A stretch of 63,894 nt of DNA, filler included, from Candidatus Nezhaarchaeota archaeon WYZ-LMO8 (GTDB lineage: Archaea; Thermoproteota; Methanomethylicia; Nezhaarchaeales; WYZ-LMO8): assembly GCA_004347965.1 (NCBI GenBank). It is 4 parts of 3 records of this genome, joined end to end, with 100 filler letters (N's around TTAATTAATTAA, not from the genome) between each part and the next. Parts side by side here need not be neighbours in the genome. Positions count along the whole stretch, not along the records: positions 31,357 to 58,039 come from QNVF01000020.1; positions 58,140 to 63,894 come from QNVF01000052.1; 2 more parts are not named here. One strand, 5' to 3'. The notes beneath the pieces were generated by a model. The model was given only the letters and a program-made list of their open reading frames with translations. It did no database searches and had not been told where the DNA came from. Of this stretch, positions 50,347 to 59,756 are shown one piece after another. Every line of letters begins with the position of its first letter. Within the stretch, counting starts at the first letter, position 1. The position numbers were made by a program, and so were the translations under genes.

Positions 50347-51465
50347 ATGTCTCAAAAAGTGACCATTAGCTTAATAAAGGCTGATGTAGGCTCTCTATGC
50401 GGCCACCATGTTGTTCATCCAAGACAAATTGAGATGGCCCGTAAGAAGCTCGAGGAAGCCAAGAAGAATGGCTTGATAATCGACTACTACGTCTTCAACT
50501 GTGGCGATGACTTGGAATTGTTAATGACCCATACCAAGGGGGAGGGTAGCCCTGATATACACGGTTTGGCCTGGAGCACTTTTAAGGAAGTTACAGAGAA
50601 GGTTTCCAAACCACTAAAGCTTTATGCAGCTGGTCAAGACCTTCTTTCAGATACGTTCTCAGGCAACGTCAAAGGTATGGGACCTGGAGTTGCTGAGATG
50701 GAGATAAGGGAAAGGCCTAGTGAACCTATTATAGTTTTTGCAGCAGACAAAACTGAGCCAGGAGCGTGGAACTACCCCTTATACAAGATCTTTGCCTCAC
50801 CAGATAACACTGCAGGCTTAGTCATAGATCCAAGCATGCATGAAGGCTTCATATTTAGAGTCATGGACGTTATAGAAGGAAAGGTTGTAGACCTCGCTTG
50901 CCCCGAAGAACTCTATAGTTTAATAGCTCTCTTAGGTACAACTGGAAGATATGTTGTCGAAAGAATTCTTAGAAAAGTGGACAAGGAAATAGCGGCTGTC
51001 GCTACAACAACGAGACTTAGCTTGATAGCTGGTAAGTATGTTGGTAAGGACGACCCTGCCCTCATAGTTAGAGCTCAACATGGTTTCCCAGCTGTTGGAG
51101 AAATACTAGCACCATTCGCCTATCCACATCTAGTAGCTGGTTGGATGAGAGGCTCACACTATGGTCCACTAATGCCTGTCAGTTTAAAGCATGCAAAATG
51201 CACTTTCTTTGATGGTCCACCTAGAGTGGTTGCACTAGGCTTTCAGTTAGCGAATGGAGAGCTTATAGGCCTTAATGGCTCTGACCCAGCCGATCTTTTC
51301 GACGATCCAGCCTTTGATGTAGCAAGAACAATCGCGATGCAATTAGCTGATTACATGAGGAGAATGGGCGAATTTATGCCAGCTAGGCTTGGACCTGAAG
51401 AGCTAGAATACACCACGTTACCAAAGATACTAGAGAAGCTCAAAGATAGATTTAGACACGTCTAA
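50347..51465 (+). CDS. fbp: Fructose-1,6-bisphosphate aldolase/phosphatase
   Basis: SLIKADVGS..GH, GDD, YAAGQDLL, YVGKDDP, GWMRGSH, EYTT. Confidence 0.96.
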   Translation: MSQKVTISLIKADVGSLCGHHVVHPRQIEMARKKLEEAKKNGLIIDYYVFNCGDDLELLMTHTKGEGSPDIHGLAWSTFKEVTEKVSKPLKLYAAGQDLLSDTFSGNVKGMGPGVAEMEIRERPSEPIIVFAADKTEPGAWNYPLYKIFASPDNTAGLVIDPSMHEGFIFRVMDVIEGKVVDLACPEELYSLIALLGTTGRYVVERILRKVDKEIAAVATTTRLSLIAGKYVGKDDPALIVRAQHGFPAVGEILAPFAYPHLVAGWMRGSHYGPLMPVSLKHAKCTFFDGPPRVVALGFQLANGELIGLNGSDPADLFDDPAFDVARTIAMQLADYMRRMGEFMPARLGPEELEYTTLPKILEKLKDRFRHV

Positions 51466-51676
51466 TTCCCTTTTCTTCCTCATTGATTACCGTCAAAATC
51501 CTAGCTATCGTCCTCCTTATTGCTCGAATCCTTCCCGGTTTCTCTAATGGTGCTCCTGAAGCCTGTTGAGCCCTTAGTCTCATAAGCTCTGCCTTAAGCT
51601 CCCTTAACTTAGCAAGTCTTTCCTCGTTAGACATTCTCCTTATCTCACTTACTCTGAGTATCGCCACTTGTCTCAT
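51452..51676 (-). CDS. rpl29: 50S ribosomal protein L29
   Basis: EIRRMS..ER..KL.ELK.EL, PGRIRAIRRTIARILT. Confidence 0.95.
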   Translation of the reverse strand: MRQVAILRVSEIRRMSNEERLAKLRELKAELMRLRAQQASGAPLEKPGRIRAIRRTIARILTVINEEEKGIRRV

Positions 51677-52292
51677 CCTCCATCTTAGTGAGAATTTTAC
51701 CTTTATCCAACTCTTCCAAGGCTTTAACAGCTGATGGCAATACTATCCTCACCTTTATCCCTATCTTGCCCTGCTTCAATAGGGCATGTTCGACTGCCGT
51801 ATCAACGCGTTCTAATGATATTTGCCCTGCTTTAAGAACTATTCCTGAGCGAAGCTTCTCGTATCTAGCTCTCTCAGTCCTTAACTTCCCCTTTATTCTT
51901 ATTTCAGCACCTAATGCACCTGCTTCCATTATCTGATTTAAGGCTATATAGGCTGCTCTTCGAAAGTGAATTCCTCTTTCAAGAGCGCCTTTAATCCTCT
52001 TAGCCATTATCTTGGCGTTTAGCTCCGGTACTTCAATTGGTGCCACAGCTATCTGTGGTCTTTCAATTTCAAAGTCTTTCTCTAACTTCTGGGTTAACTC
52101 GTGAACCGTGGAGCCATGTCTTCCTATGACCATTCCAGGTTTTTCAGCGTAAATCGTCACATTCGTACCTAAAGGCGTCTTTTGCAGTTCAACGCTTACA
52201 TAGCCAGCTCTCGCTAATTCATGCTCTAAAAACGAGTCTACATCGAGTCTCTTTAGCGCCTTTACTATAAAGCTCTTCTCAACATCCGGCAT
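51645..52292 (-). CDS. rps3: 30S ribosomal protein S3
   Basis: KTPLGT, PGMVIGR.G, FRRA, GA.GAEI.IKGKL..ERAR. Confidence 0.96.
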   Translation of the reverse strand: MPDVEKSFIVKALKRLDVDSFLEHELARAGYVSVELQKTPLGTNVTIYAEKPGMVIGRHGSTVHELTQKLEKDFEIERPQIAVAPIEVPELNAKIMAKRIKGALERGIHFRRAAYIALNQIMEAGALGAEIRIKGKLRTERARYEKLRSGIVLKAGQISLERVDTAVEHALLKQGKIGIKVRIVLPSAVKALEELDKGKILTKMEDETSGDTQSK

Positions 52293-52324
52293 GGAGATCT
52301 CCCTCAATCACTCTCCTAAGAATT

Positions 52325-52798
52325 TTAGGTTTTCTCCTCAACCTCCTTGGCTGCTAATTCTACATGCACCAATTGCTGGAAGAAGGGAGTTGATCTACCA
52401 AATGCTCTCGGTATATACCTCTTGATCGTAGGTCCCTTGTGAGCTGCTGCATGCACTATAACCAGCTTTTCGGTGTTAAGTCCCTTACCTTCAGCATTAG
52501 CTTCTAAGTTCTTAAGGATCTTCAGTACTTCTCTCACAACCCTTATAGGATAGCCTCCACTTGAGTGTTTACTTATGCTACCATGATGAGCCCTTTTCCT
52601 GTTGAAGGTAGTGAAAGGTATCATAACCTCTCTCCTTAATACTCTTTCAAGTAGCTCTTTTGCCTCAGTCAGTTTCTTACCTTTTATGAAGCGACAAACC
52701 TCAACTGCTTTCTTCCAACTTATTCTTAAATCTCTTCCACTAGCTCTTGCCATCCTGTCAGGCTCGTAACTTTGAAGTGAATAGCCAAATTCTGGCAT
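52325..52798 (-). CDS. rpl22: 50S ribosomal protein L22
   Basis: LRISWKKAVEVC, YP, NAE.KGL, PRAFGRSTP. Confidence 0.96.
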   Translation of the reverse strand: MPEFGYSLQSYEPDRMARASGRDLRISWKKAVEVCRFIKGKKLTEAKELLERVLRREVMIPFTTFNRKRAHHGSISKHSSGGYPIRVVREVLKILKNLEANAEGKGLNTEKLVIVHAAAHKGPTIKRYIPRAFGRSTPFFQQLVHVELAAKEVEEKT

Positions 52799-52920
52799 GT
52801 GGCATCCTTCCTCGCGCTGTTAGTTGTTGGGCTAAACTCCTCCTAATTAGATTTCCGCTTAAAGTGGTAATCCTTATAACTAAGTGAAGCGTGAAGTTAG
52901 GAGCGAGACGAGGTACGATC

Positions 52921-53313
52921 ATGTCAAGCAAGTTCATGTATCGAGGTTACACCCTAGAACAATTATTGGAGATGCCCATGGACGACTTCATAAAATTGCT
53001 TCCAGCAAGGCAAAGAAGATCTCTTCTAAGAGGGTTGAATGAAGAGAAGAGGAAGCTTCTTGAGAAGATAAGAGAGCTTAAGGCTGGCAAGAGATCGATA
53101 ATCAGAACACACATTAGAGACATGATAGTATTACCGGAAATGATTGGTACAACAATTCACGTCTATAACGGCAAAGAGTACGTTCCTGTTACTATAACCG
53201 AGGAGATGATAGGGCATTACCTTGGAGAGTTTGCACCAACATGCAAGAAGGTAGAACATGGCGAGCCGGGTCTAAGAGCTACGCGAAGCTCGATGTACGT
53301 GCCATTAAAGTAA
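52921..53313 (+). CDS. rps19: 30S ribosomal protein S19 (inverted relative to its neighbours)
   Basis: [45 protein letters not shown]. Confidence 0.97.
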   Translation: MSSKFMYRGYTLEQLLEMPMDDFIKLLPARQRRSLLRGLNEEKRKLLEKIRELKAGKRSIIRTHIRDMIVLPEMIGTTIHVYNGKEYVPVTITEEMIGHYLGEFAPTCKKVEHGEPGLRATRSSMYVPLK

Positions 53314-53392
53314 GGTAGTAAAACGCATGATAAAACCTTGGGGGAACATCAACAAATTAATGCTATACACAGCTCTTGGTTAACTCTTATCC

Positions 53393-54112
53393 TTACTTTC
53401 TTCTCCCAGTCCTTTTGCTCGATATATGTCCAACCTTTGCTCCTGGAGGAGTTCCATGACTTACTGGCGTACCACCTTTTGGGTGTGATCCTCCACCATG
53501 TGGATGCGCGTAAGCCCCCATGGCTTTTCCTCTCACTTCAGGATACTTCCACGCCTTAACCTTCGATAGGTGGTATTTCGCACCAGCTTTTACGAATGGC
53601 TTCTCTATTCTACCACCACCAGCTACTACGCCTATCGTCGCTCTCGCTAAGTCGCTTACAAGCTTCGTTTTCCCTGAAGGTAGGCTCACGTATACTCCTT
53701 CTCCTGAGTGGCTTAAGATTATGGCGTAGCACCCTGAGCCCCTAACTAGGCGCCCACCATCACCATAAGTAAGCTCTATATTGAACACCTTAGTTCCATC
53801 TGGTATGCTTCTTAAAGGTAGGATGTTACCTGGAGCCACCTCAGCTTTATCACCTATCTGAATCTTCTGTCCTACTCGAATCCCTTCAGCAGCAACATTA
53901 AAGAACCTAGTTCCATCAGGTAACCTAATCAATGCCAAGGGTGCTCCACGACCTGGATCATGAATTATTGCTTCCACCTTACCCTCGACGACACTCTCAC
54001 ATTCTTTTTTACTTAAGTTAGGGTACTTAGCTGGTCCCTTGCGTAACCATCTTGGAGATCTGAAAACCGAGCCACCTCGACCCTTACGTTGAGCTAATAT
54101 TCGCTTACCCAT
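53393..54112 (-). CDS. rpl2: 50S ribosomal protein L2
   Basis: MGKRILAQRKGRG, HDPGRGAP, VRG.AM..HPHGGG. Confidence 0.97.
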   Translation of the reverse strand: MGKRILAQRKGRGGSVFRSPRWLRKGPAKYPNLSKKECESVVEGKVEAIIHDPGRGAPLALIRLPDGTRFFNVAAEGIRVGQKIQIGDKAEVAPGNILPLRSIPDGTKVFNIELTYGDGGRLVRGSGCYAIILSHSGEGVYVSLPSGKTKLVSDLARATIGVVAGGGRIEKPFVKAGAKYHLSKVKAWKYPEVRGKAMGAYAHPHGGGSHPKGGTPVSHGTPPGAKVGHISSKRTGRRK

Positions 54113-54123
54113 TAAATTCTCAC

Positions 54124-54417
54124 CTACAGTATGCCTAGCTTAACTGCCAGATCTGAAGCTTTATACTCGGGCTTGAGCTTCACATACGCTTTCTTCTCGC
54201 CTTTCATGGTTATCAAAGTATTCACCTTCTCAACTTTAACGTCAAAAAGCTTTTCAACTGCCTCCTTCACACGAAGCTTGTTCGCCTCCATTTTCACTAT
54301 GAATGTCAACGTGTTGTTCTTCTCAATTAACGAGAGAGCTTTCTCTGAGACGACAGGCTTCAAGATGACGTCATGGTACTCAAATAATTTCTTACTACTA
54401 ACTTCTTTATTGCTCAT
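54124..54417 (-). CDS. rpl23: 50S ribosomal protein L23
   Basis: [26 protein letters not shown]. Confidence 0.96.
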   Translation of the reverse strand: MSNKEVSSKKLFEYHDVILKPVVSEKALSLIEKNNTLTFIVKMEANKLRVKEAVEKLFDVKVEKVNTLITMKGEKKAYVKLKPEYKASDLAVKLGIL

Positions 54418-55213
54418 TGCATGTCTCCCTCTCAACCAACATCCTTATCGCACTTTCACTCCACAAGGTTAAACGACCGGGAACCCCACCGGGAGCTAAG
54501 TGTAAAACTGATAGATTCCCGACGTAAGCAACTGTAACCCCAGGAAGGTTCCTGAAAGCTTTAACAGCCTTGCACTTTCCAGAGAATACTACAAGCAAGC
54601 TCTTCCCCTCTTTATATCTTCTTCCCCTCATCTTCCCCTTTCCAGCTCTTATCTTAATCCTCCTACGTACTCTTTCAACATCATCCCATAATCCTAACTT
54701 TATCAAGAACATCTTAGCTTGCTTAGTCGTCTCTATCTCTTCAACTTCCTTTCTGACGACTATCGGCAAGGAGATGTTCGATGGAAGAATATGCCCCCTT
54801 TTTTCTACAATCTCTCTAATAGCTGTCGCTGCTATGGCCGACTTAATAGCAAGCTTCCTCTCCTTCTCATTTATCCTCTCACGTATACGCTTTTCAACTG
54901 TTGGTGCATGTGCTCTTCTACCACCAACTGCCATAGTTACAAATGCTGCACTTGCAGCACGAGGATACCTCTCCCCCTTAACTCGAGGTACCCTCGCGAT
55001 ACCATAACCCACCCCCCAGCTCTCTGCGGTCGTCCTCTTCCCAGCTAATGGATCCCTCCCTTGAGGTTGTATCCTAGCAGTAAGAGCTGATAAGTATGCT
55101 CGCTTTATGACGTCCTCTCTAACCTCGTAGCTAAAGACTCTTGGTAATTCTATTGCTCCACATTCTTTTCCATCGAGGTCATACAAGACTGCAACTCTCG
55201 ATGCCTCTTGCAA
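54407..55213 (-). CDS. rpl4: 50S ribosomal protein L4
   Basis: [35 protein letters not shown]. Confidence 0.97.
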   Translation of the reverse strand: MQEASRVAVLYDLDGKECGAIELPRVFSYEVREDVIKRAYLSALTARIQPQGRDPLAGKRTTAESWGVGYGIARVPRVKGERYPRAASAAFVTMAVGGRRAHAPTVEKRIRERINEKERKLAIKSAIAATAIREIVEKRGHILPSNISLPIVVRKEVEEIETTKQAKMFLIKLGLWDDVERVRRRIKIRAGKGKMRGRRYKEGKSLLVVFSGKCKAVKAFRNLPGVTVAYVGNLSVLHLAPGGVPGRLTLWSESAIRMLVERETCNEQ

Positions 55214-55215
55214 CC

Positions 55216-56229
55216 TTAACCACCCTGTTTAGAATCTACATTTATGCTGATTATCTTAGGGGGCGTCGTAGGAGCATTCTTAGCTGGTCTTATGGGGAAC
55301 CTTAACCTCACGAGCCTTCCCTTAGGTCCCGGTACTGAACCTAGGAGCACTATGTAGGGGCCTTTAACGACTCCATATCCCACGAAGCCCCCCTTCACGG
55401 TAATAGTTAAACCGTCTTCCCCCATCTTTAATATACGCTTATTGTACTCTGTTCTTTGATGGAATCCTAATTGTCCAGGTCTCGGCACAGAATACATCAT
55501 ATCGGGTCTCTGAGGGCTAACCGTACCAGTTCTTCTATGTCCTTTACGATGCTTGTGCCAACGGGGCATTATCTTTACTCCATACCTCTTCACCACTCCT
55601 TGGAATCCCTTGCCCTTAGTTATGCTGATGACATCTACATATTGTCCTTCTTTAAAGACCTCAGAGGCTTTTACCTCTCTTCCAAGTATCGATAATACAT
55701 AGTTCCAAGCTTCTTGAATGCTTTTAGCTGCCACCTTTATCTCCATGATCTCTGGAGTCTTCTTTTTTAACCCCGATAATCTCGGCTGGGTACATGCGAG
55801 AACTCTAATTTCCGAAGCTTTACTTATTAACTGCTGAGCTTTCCCTATAGCTTCTTCCTTGCTATAGCTCTTAGGAAGGGTTATTTTCCTTTCAAGATCC
55901 TTTGGAAGTTTATCTGAGAGCACCTCAAAAAGGCACCTCAATCCATATGGTGTTAAAGAGTACAATCTGATACCAAATACGAGGAGAGGTGGTGCGTCAA
56001 GTATTGTTACAGCCTTCGCTATTTCCCTGCCATAAAATGGACTGGTTGGTTTATCTTCAATTACAATTGCATGCGTCATACCTGCTTTATATGCTGCAAA
56101 TCCTAACAATTGAGGCTTCTCAACTTTAACATCTGGCCATCTCCTTATTCTAGCAACTATCCTTCGTGCTCTTACTCTCGGATAATATCCTAACGATCCA
56201 CGACGAGGTTGATGAACGCTTCTTCCCAC
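55216..56229 (-). CDS. rpl3: 50S ribosomal protein L3
   Basis: PRRGSLGYYPR, YKAGMTH, TKGKGFQG.VKR, GQLGFHQRTE. Confidence 0.97.
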   Translation of the reverse strand: MGRSVHQPRRGSLGYYPRVRARRIVARIRRWPDVKVEKPQLLGFAAYKAGMTHAIVIEDKPTSPFYGREIAKAVTILDAPPLLVFGIRLYSLTPYGLRCLFEVLSDKLPKDLERKITLPKSYSKEEAIGKAQQLISKASEIRVLACTQPRLSGLKKKTPEIMEIKVAAKSIQEAWNYVLSILGREVKASEVFKEGQYVDVISITKGKGFQGVVKRYGVKIMPRWHKHRKGHRRTGTVSPQRPDMMYSVPRPGQLGFHQRTEYNKRILKMGEDGLTITVKGGFVGYGVVKGPYIVLLGSVPGPKGRLVRLRFPIRPAKNAPTTPPKIISINVDSKQGG

Positions 56230-56298
56230 TTCAAATCCCTCTTAGCTTTTGCCCTCAATGTTGTTGGAAAGTAAAACTATCTAGCTCCTATTTAATCT

Positions 56299-57174
56299 TT
56301 ATTTATTTGAGCTTACACTACAACTTTGACTTTGGTGGCAGAGGAAATTCATTATTGCAAGAGTTGAGTATAGAGCCTCTTCAACTCTAACGGTCTTAGT
56401 CCCCTGATCAGGAATAAAGTTTAAAACCATATCAACTTCATTATCCAAGTTAAACCCTTCACTCCTTGCAACATCATAAAGTCCCTTAAATGGTGAGCCA
56501 AATAATAGGAGGACTCTATTGTACTTACTCATTTTAGTTATGAGGTTTAAATATTCCTTGTGTACGTCTCTACCGTATCTCGAAGTTGCTATGATGAGAG
56601 CTTGATTTTTGAATGAGGAAATAATTTCTTTAAGATTTAAGTCAGTCACGTGAACTTCAAATCCAAAGTAATGGGGCACCTCACTTTTTTCAACCTTATA
56701 CAATTCAATTGTCTCTTGCTTTTTAACTATCTTCAATATAATTCTTTCTCCCCTTCTTAGCTTCTCTGAGGTATAAAGTATGAGAGGCCCCCCAAGTCCA
56801 ACGTCAACTAAGTACCCTTTGCCCTTCTTCCTCACCACTAACCCTTCCCTATAAGCGATTTCAGGAATCTCTTCCAGCTCCTTTTCCGTGGGATGATTAG
56901 GAGTATTTAGAGGAGGCATGATACCGACGTACTTTAAATCAGGATCAAGTGGAAAAACCTTCTTCCTAAGATATTGTGGACAAGCGATGTAATTGAATAG
57001 TTTTCCTAAGAGCTTCCTTTCATCAACATCCCAGCTCTCATCACGGTAAATAAATAGATCGGAAACTTTGAATATGGACAGGGCTCTAGCTATGAACCCT
57101 ACCTTAACAGTCTTCTCTAGTAAGGAATTAGCTTCAGCAATTGTAGTTGATGGTAGTGCTACCATAATCTTCAA
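56299..57174 (-). CDS. SPOUT RNA methyltransferase (DUF171 type) upstream of rpl3
   Basis: CPQYLRK, LKYVG..PPL..P.H, NFIPDQGTKTVRVEEA; start moved to TTG 57174 after a GGGGG RBS. Confidence 0.88.
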   Translation of the reverse strand: MKIMVALPSTTIAEANSLLEKTVKVGFIARALSIFKVSDLFIYRDESWDVDERKLLGKLFNYIACPQYLRKKVFPLDPDLKYVGIMPPLNTPNHPTEKELEEIPEIAYREGLVVRKKGKGYLVDVGLGGPLILYTSEKLRRGERIILKIVKKQETIELYKVEKSEVPHYFGFEVHVTDLNLKEIISSFKNQALIIATSRYGRDVHKEYLNLITKMSKYNRVLLLFGSPFKGLYDVARSEGFNLDNEVDMVLNFIPDQGTKTVRVEEALYSTLAIMNFLCHQSQSCSVSSNK

Positions 57175-57230
57175 CTGACGCCCCCCTTCACCATGAAAGG
57201 ATATATAGGTTCTCCCACACAAGTTTAACT

Positions 57231-57291
57231 GGCCGATGAAGAGCTTGCCGAGTGTTGAAGGTTTATGAAAGACCATTCATGGTCTGAGGCC
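57231..57291 (+). ncRNA. Box C/D sRNA, predicted guide for 23S rRNA domain IV
   Basis: GGCC/GGCC stem; C ATGAAGA, D' TTGA, C' ATGAAAG, D CTGA; ATATATA box about 27 nt upstream. Confidence 0.75.
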
Positions 57292-57391
57292 TCTAATTAG
57301 TTGTTAAGTTCGTGAAGCTCAGTAAACCCTTCTTTGAAGGACATGTGAAAGCACGTTCTAACTAGTACACCATTGCAATCATCATAACATG

Positions 57392-57832
57392 TTAAATATC
57401 TAAGACGTACCTAATGACATAATAGCAGTTCTCTCTCTTTATCTCCATCAAGTGGTATGTTGCAGCTTTTATAGCAGTCTTAGATTCATGTTTTTCTGGA
57501 TTATACTTTTCACCGAGTATTGTAGCCTTAAGTACGAACTTACCATTAGTCTCAATCATCTCATCAACTTTCACGTAAGATCCTAAAAAGCCCTTTGAAT
57601 CAAAGAGGTAGATGAGTTCTTCAATCCAGTTATAAAGCAGGGAGTACAAGTCAAAACCTTCAATAACGACCTTCACCTCCTCTTCTCTTCCCACAAGATT
57701 CGTATTTGTCATAGCTTCGTATACTGCCAAACCACAGAGCGCAAAAGCCTCCTCTAAATTGTTGGCTTTAACTTCAACGTATAAGTCTGAGGGATGGTCT
57801 AAGAACTTTATACTCATGTTATGTCTCTCCAA
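57392..57832 (-). CDS. Archease
   Basis: FLDHPSD, LEEAF, LLYNWIEELI, IKAATYH, VLDI. Confidence 0.93.
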   Translation of the reverse strand: MERHNMSIKFLDHPSDLYVEVKANNLEEAFALCGLAVYEAMTNTNLVGREEEVKVVIEGFDLYSLLYNWIEELIYLFDSKGFLGSYVKVDEMIETNGKFVLKATILGEKYNPEKHESKTAIKAATYHLMEIKRENCYYVIRYVLDI

Positions 57833-57868
57833 GACGTTAGCGTGAATAATCTAAGCACTTTATTATAG

Positions 57869-57954
57869 CGCCGGGAGCGGGATTCGAACCCGCGCGTCCC
57901 AAGGGGGACACCAGCTCTCAAGGCTGGCGCCTTGGTCCACTCGGCCATCCCGGC
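57869..57954 (-). tRNA. tRNA-Ser(UGA), intronless, CCA not encoded
   Basis: GCCGGGA/TCCCGGC acceptor, CCAGC-CTTGAGA-GCTGG anticodon arm, long variable arm, GGTTCGAATCC, G73. Confidence 0.95.
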
Positions 57955-58039
57955 TCGAGTACCTCAGAGTTTTTGCTCAACTAAAAACTTTTATCTCATA
58001 ATCAACTCTTTCGCAAGCATATAATGACCTTTAATTCAT

Positions 58040-58139
58040 NNNNNNNNNNNNNNNNNNNNNNNNNNNNNNNNNNNNNNNNNNNNTTAATTAATTAANNNNN
58101 NNNNNNNNNNNNNNNNNNNNNNNNNNNNNNNNNNNNNNN
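58040..58139. other. Artificial contig linker
   Basis: N-run + TTAATTAATTAA + N-run. Confidence 0.99.
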
Positions 58140-58646
58140 ATAGTATCAGGCTTCATTGGAGATCACGGGATAGCTTTGGCATCAATTAGAGAGGGTATAG
58201 AGTTTGAGACAACTATAGAGTCAGATGTGGCTCCAATATGGGACGTGATTGAGACTGCCTTAAAAGTTGGAGGGGTCCACGCTGCCAAGGATCCTACGAG
58301 GGGAGGGTTATCGATGGCTCTGAACGAAATGGCATCTAAGTCAGGTCTTTCAATATGGATTAGAGAGAAAGATATACCAATAAGAGAGGAGGTTAAAGCG
58401 GCATCTGAGATGTTGGGACTAAACCCTCTTGAAGTTACATGCGAGGGGGTTGCAGTGCTTGTTGTTGATAGCTCTCTTGCAGAAGAGGTCTTAGAAGCTA
58501 TAAGGAAGACTAAGCATGGCGCTCATGCCTCTATTATAGGGGAGGTTAAGAAAGAGCCTGCACGCAAGGTCCTACTTGAAACTGTTGTGGGTGGTAGGAA
58601 GCTACTAGAGCCACCCCTTGGAGAGCCAACACCAAGAGTGTGTTAG
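58140..58646 (+). CDS. hypE: Hydrogenase maturation protein HypE, 3' part
   Basis: GDHG, SDVAP, DPTRGG..LNE, C-terminal PRVC. Confidence 0.93.
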   Translation: MVSGFIGDHGIALASIREGIEFETTIESDVAPIWDVIETALKVGGVHAAKDPTRGGLSMALNEMASKSGLSIWIREKDIPIREEVKAASEMLGLNPLEVTCEGVAVLVVDSSLAEEVLEAIRKTKHGAHASIIGEVKKEPARKVLLETVVGGRKLLEPPLGEPTPRVC

Positions 58647-58649
58647 AAG

Positions 58650-59744
58650 ATGAAGAGTATTGACGTCCCAAGTCATATTATCAAGTTAAGGGTTAAGAGG
58701 ATTAAGAAGGCCATGGCTGAAGTTGGTGCCAGAGGACTTTTGATCTCTCAACCAGAGAACGTACAGTACGTTACAGGGTTTAATGTTGTTGGGAACCCTC
58801 CTAGAAATTCTTGGGCCCTTATCCTTGAAGATGATGAGGAGGCGTATCTCTTAGTTCCTGTTTTGGAGTACTATGAGGCTATCGAAGAAGTTAAGCACGC
58901 AGAAGTTGTCATTTTAGATAGAAGTAAGAAGTTGATGGAGGCGATTGCCGATTTTTTATTAGAGATGAAGATGCATGATCCCATTTACATGGACGACTTA
59001 AAGGATCATGACCTAGTGAGCTCGATTAAGAGGAAGCTTGGAGTTAAAGATGTAAGGTCCATGCAAGAAAGCATCGAGAAACTTAGAGCAAAGAAGGATG
59101 AATACGAGATATCGTGTATGAAGGAAGCTATAAATAAGGTGAAGAAGGGTCTAGAGAAGGCACAAGACATCCTACGTGAAGGCATCGCAGAGGTAAGTCT
59201 CGTAGCTGAGATAGAGAAGGTGTTGTGGGAAGAGGGGATAGATGGCATCGCCTTTGATCCCATAGTTGCTTCTGGACCTAGGTCGTCATTCCCTCATGCT
59301 AAACCAACAACTAGACACATAAGGAGGGGGGATAGCGTCGTGATAGACTTAGGAGTAAGAATTCAAGGATATTGTTCAGATATCACAAGGACGTTCATCA
59401 TGGGAAGAAATCCTGAAGTAGAGGAGGTCTTAGACTACATAATCAACGTGCAAGAGACTATCGCTTCGCATATAAAAAGCGGTGTAAGGGCTTCAGAGAT
59501 TAATGCGGAAGCCGTATCCCTCTTAAGAGAACGTAAACTAGACGAATACTACTTGCATGGGCTTGGTCACGGTATTGGTCTTTCAGTTCACGAGAAGCCT
59601 ACGATATCATCTTTAAGCGAGGACGTACTAGAAGTGGGCAATGTAGTAACCTTAGAGCCCGGTGTGTATTTTAGAGGGAGGTTTGGCGTGAGACATGAAG
59701 ACGTCTTCCTAGTTAGTGATGATGGTTGCCTTAGATTATCGTAG
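58650..59744 (+). CDS. Xaa-Pro aminopeptidase/dipeptidase (M24)
   Basis: PHA, DLG..GYCSDITRT, HGLGHGIGL.VHE, TLEPG.Y, GVRHED. Confidence 0.93.
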   Translation: MKSIDVPSHIIKLRVKRIKKAMAEVGARGLLISQPENVQYVTGFNVVGNPPRNSWALILEDDEEAYLLVPVLEYYEAIEEVKHAEVVILDRSKKLMEAIADFLLEMKMHDPIYMDDLKDHDLVSSIKRKLGVKDVRSMQESIEKLRAKKDEYEISCMKEAINKVKKGLEKAQDILREGIAEVSLVAEIEKVLWEEGIDGIAFDPIVASGPRSSFPHAKPTTRHIRRGDSVVIDLGVRIQGYCSDITRTFIMGRNPEVEEVLDYIINVQETIASHIKSGVRASEINAEAVSLLRERKLDEYYLHGLGHGIGLSVHEKPTISSLSEDVLEVGNVVTLEPGVYFRGRFGVRHEDVFLVSDDGCLRLS

Positions 59745-59756
59745 AGGTGGTGATGT

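Noticed and set aside
57319..57386. ATGATGA...CTGA on the minus strand
   Set aside because: No terminal stem, internal boxes or recognisable guide
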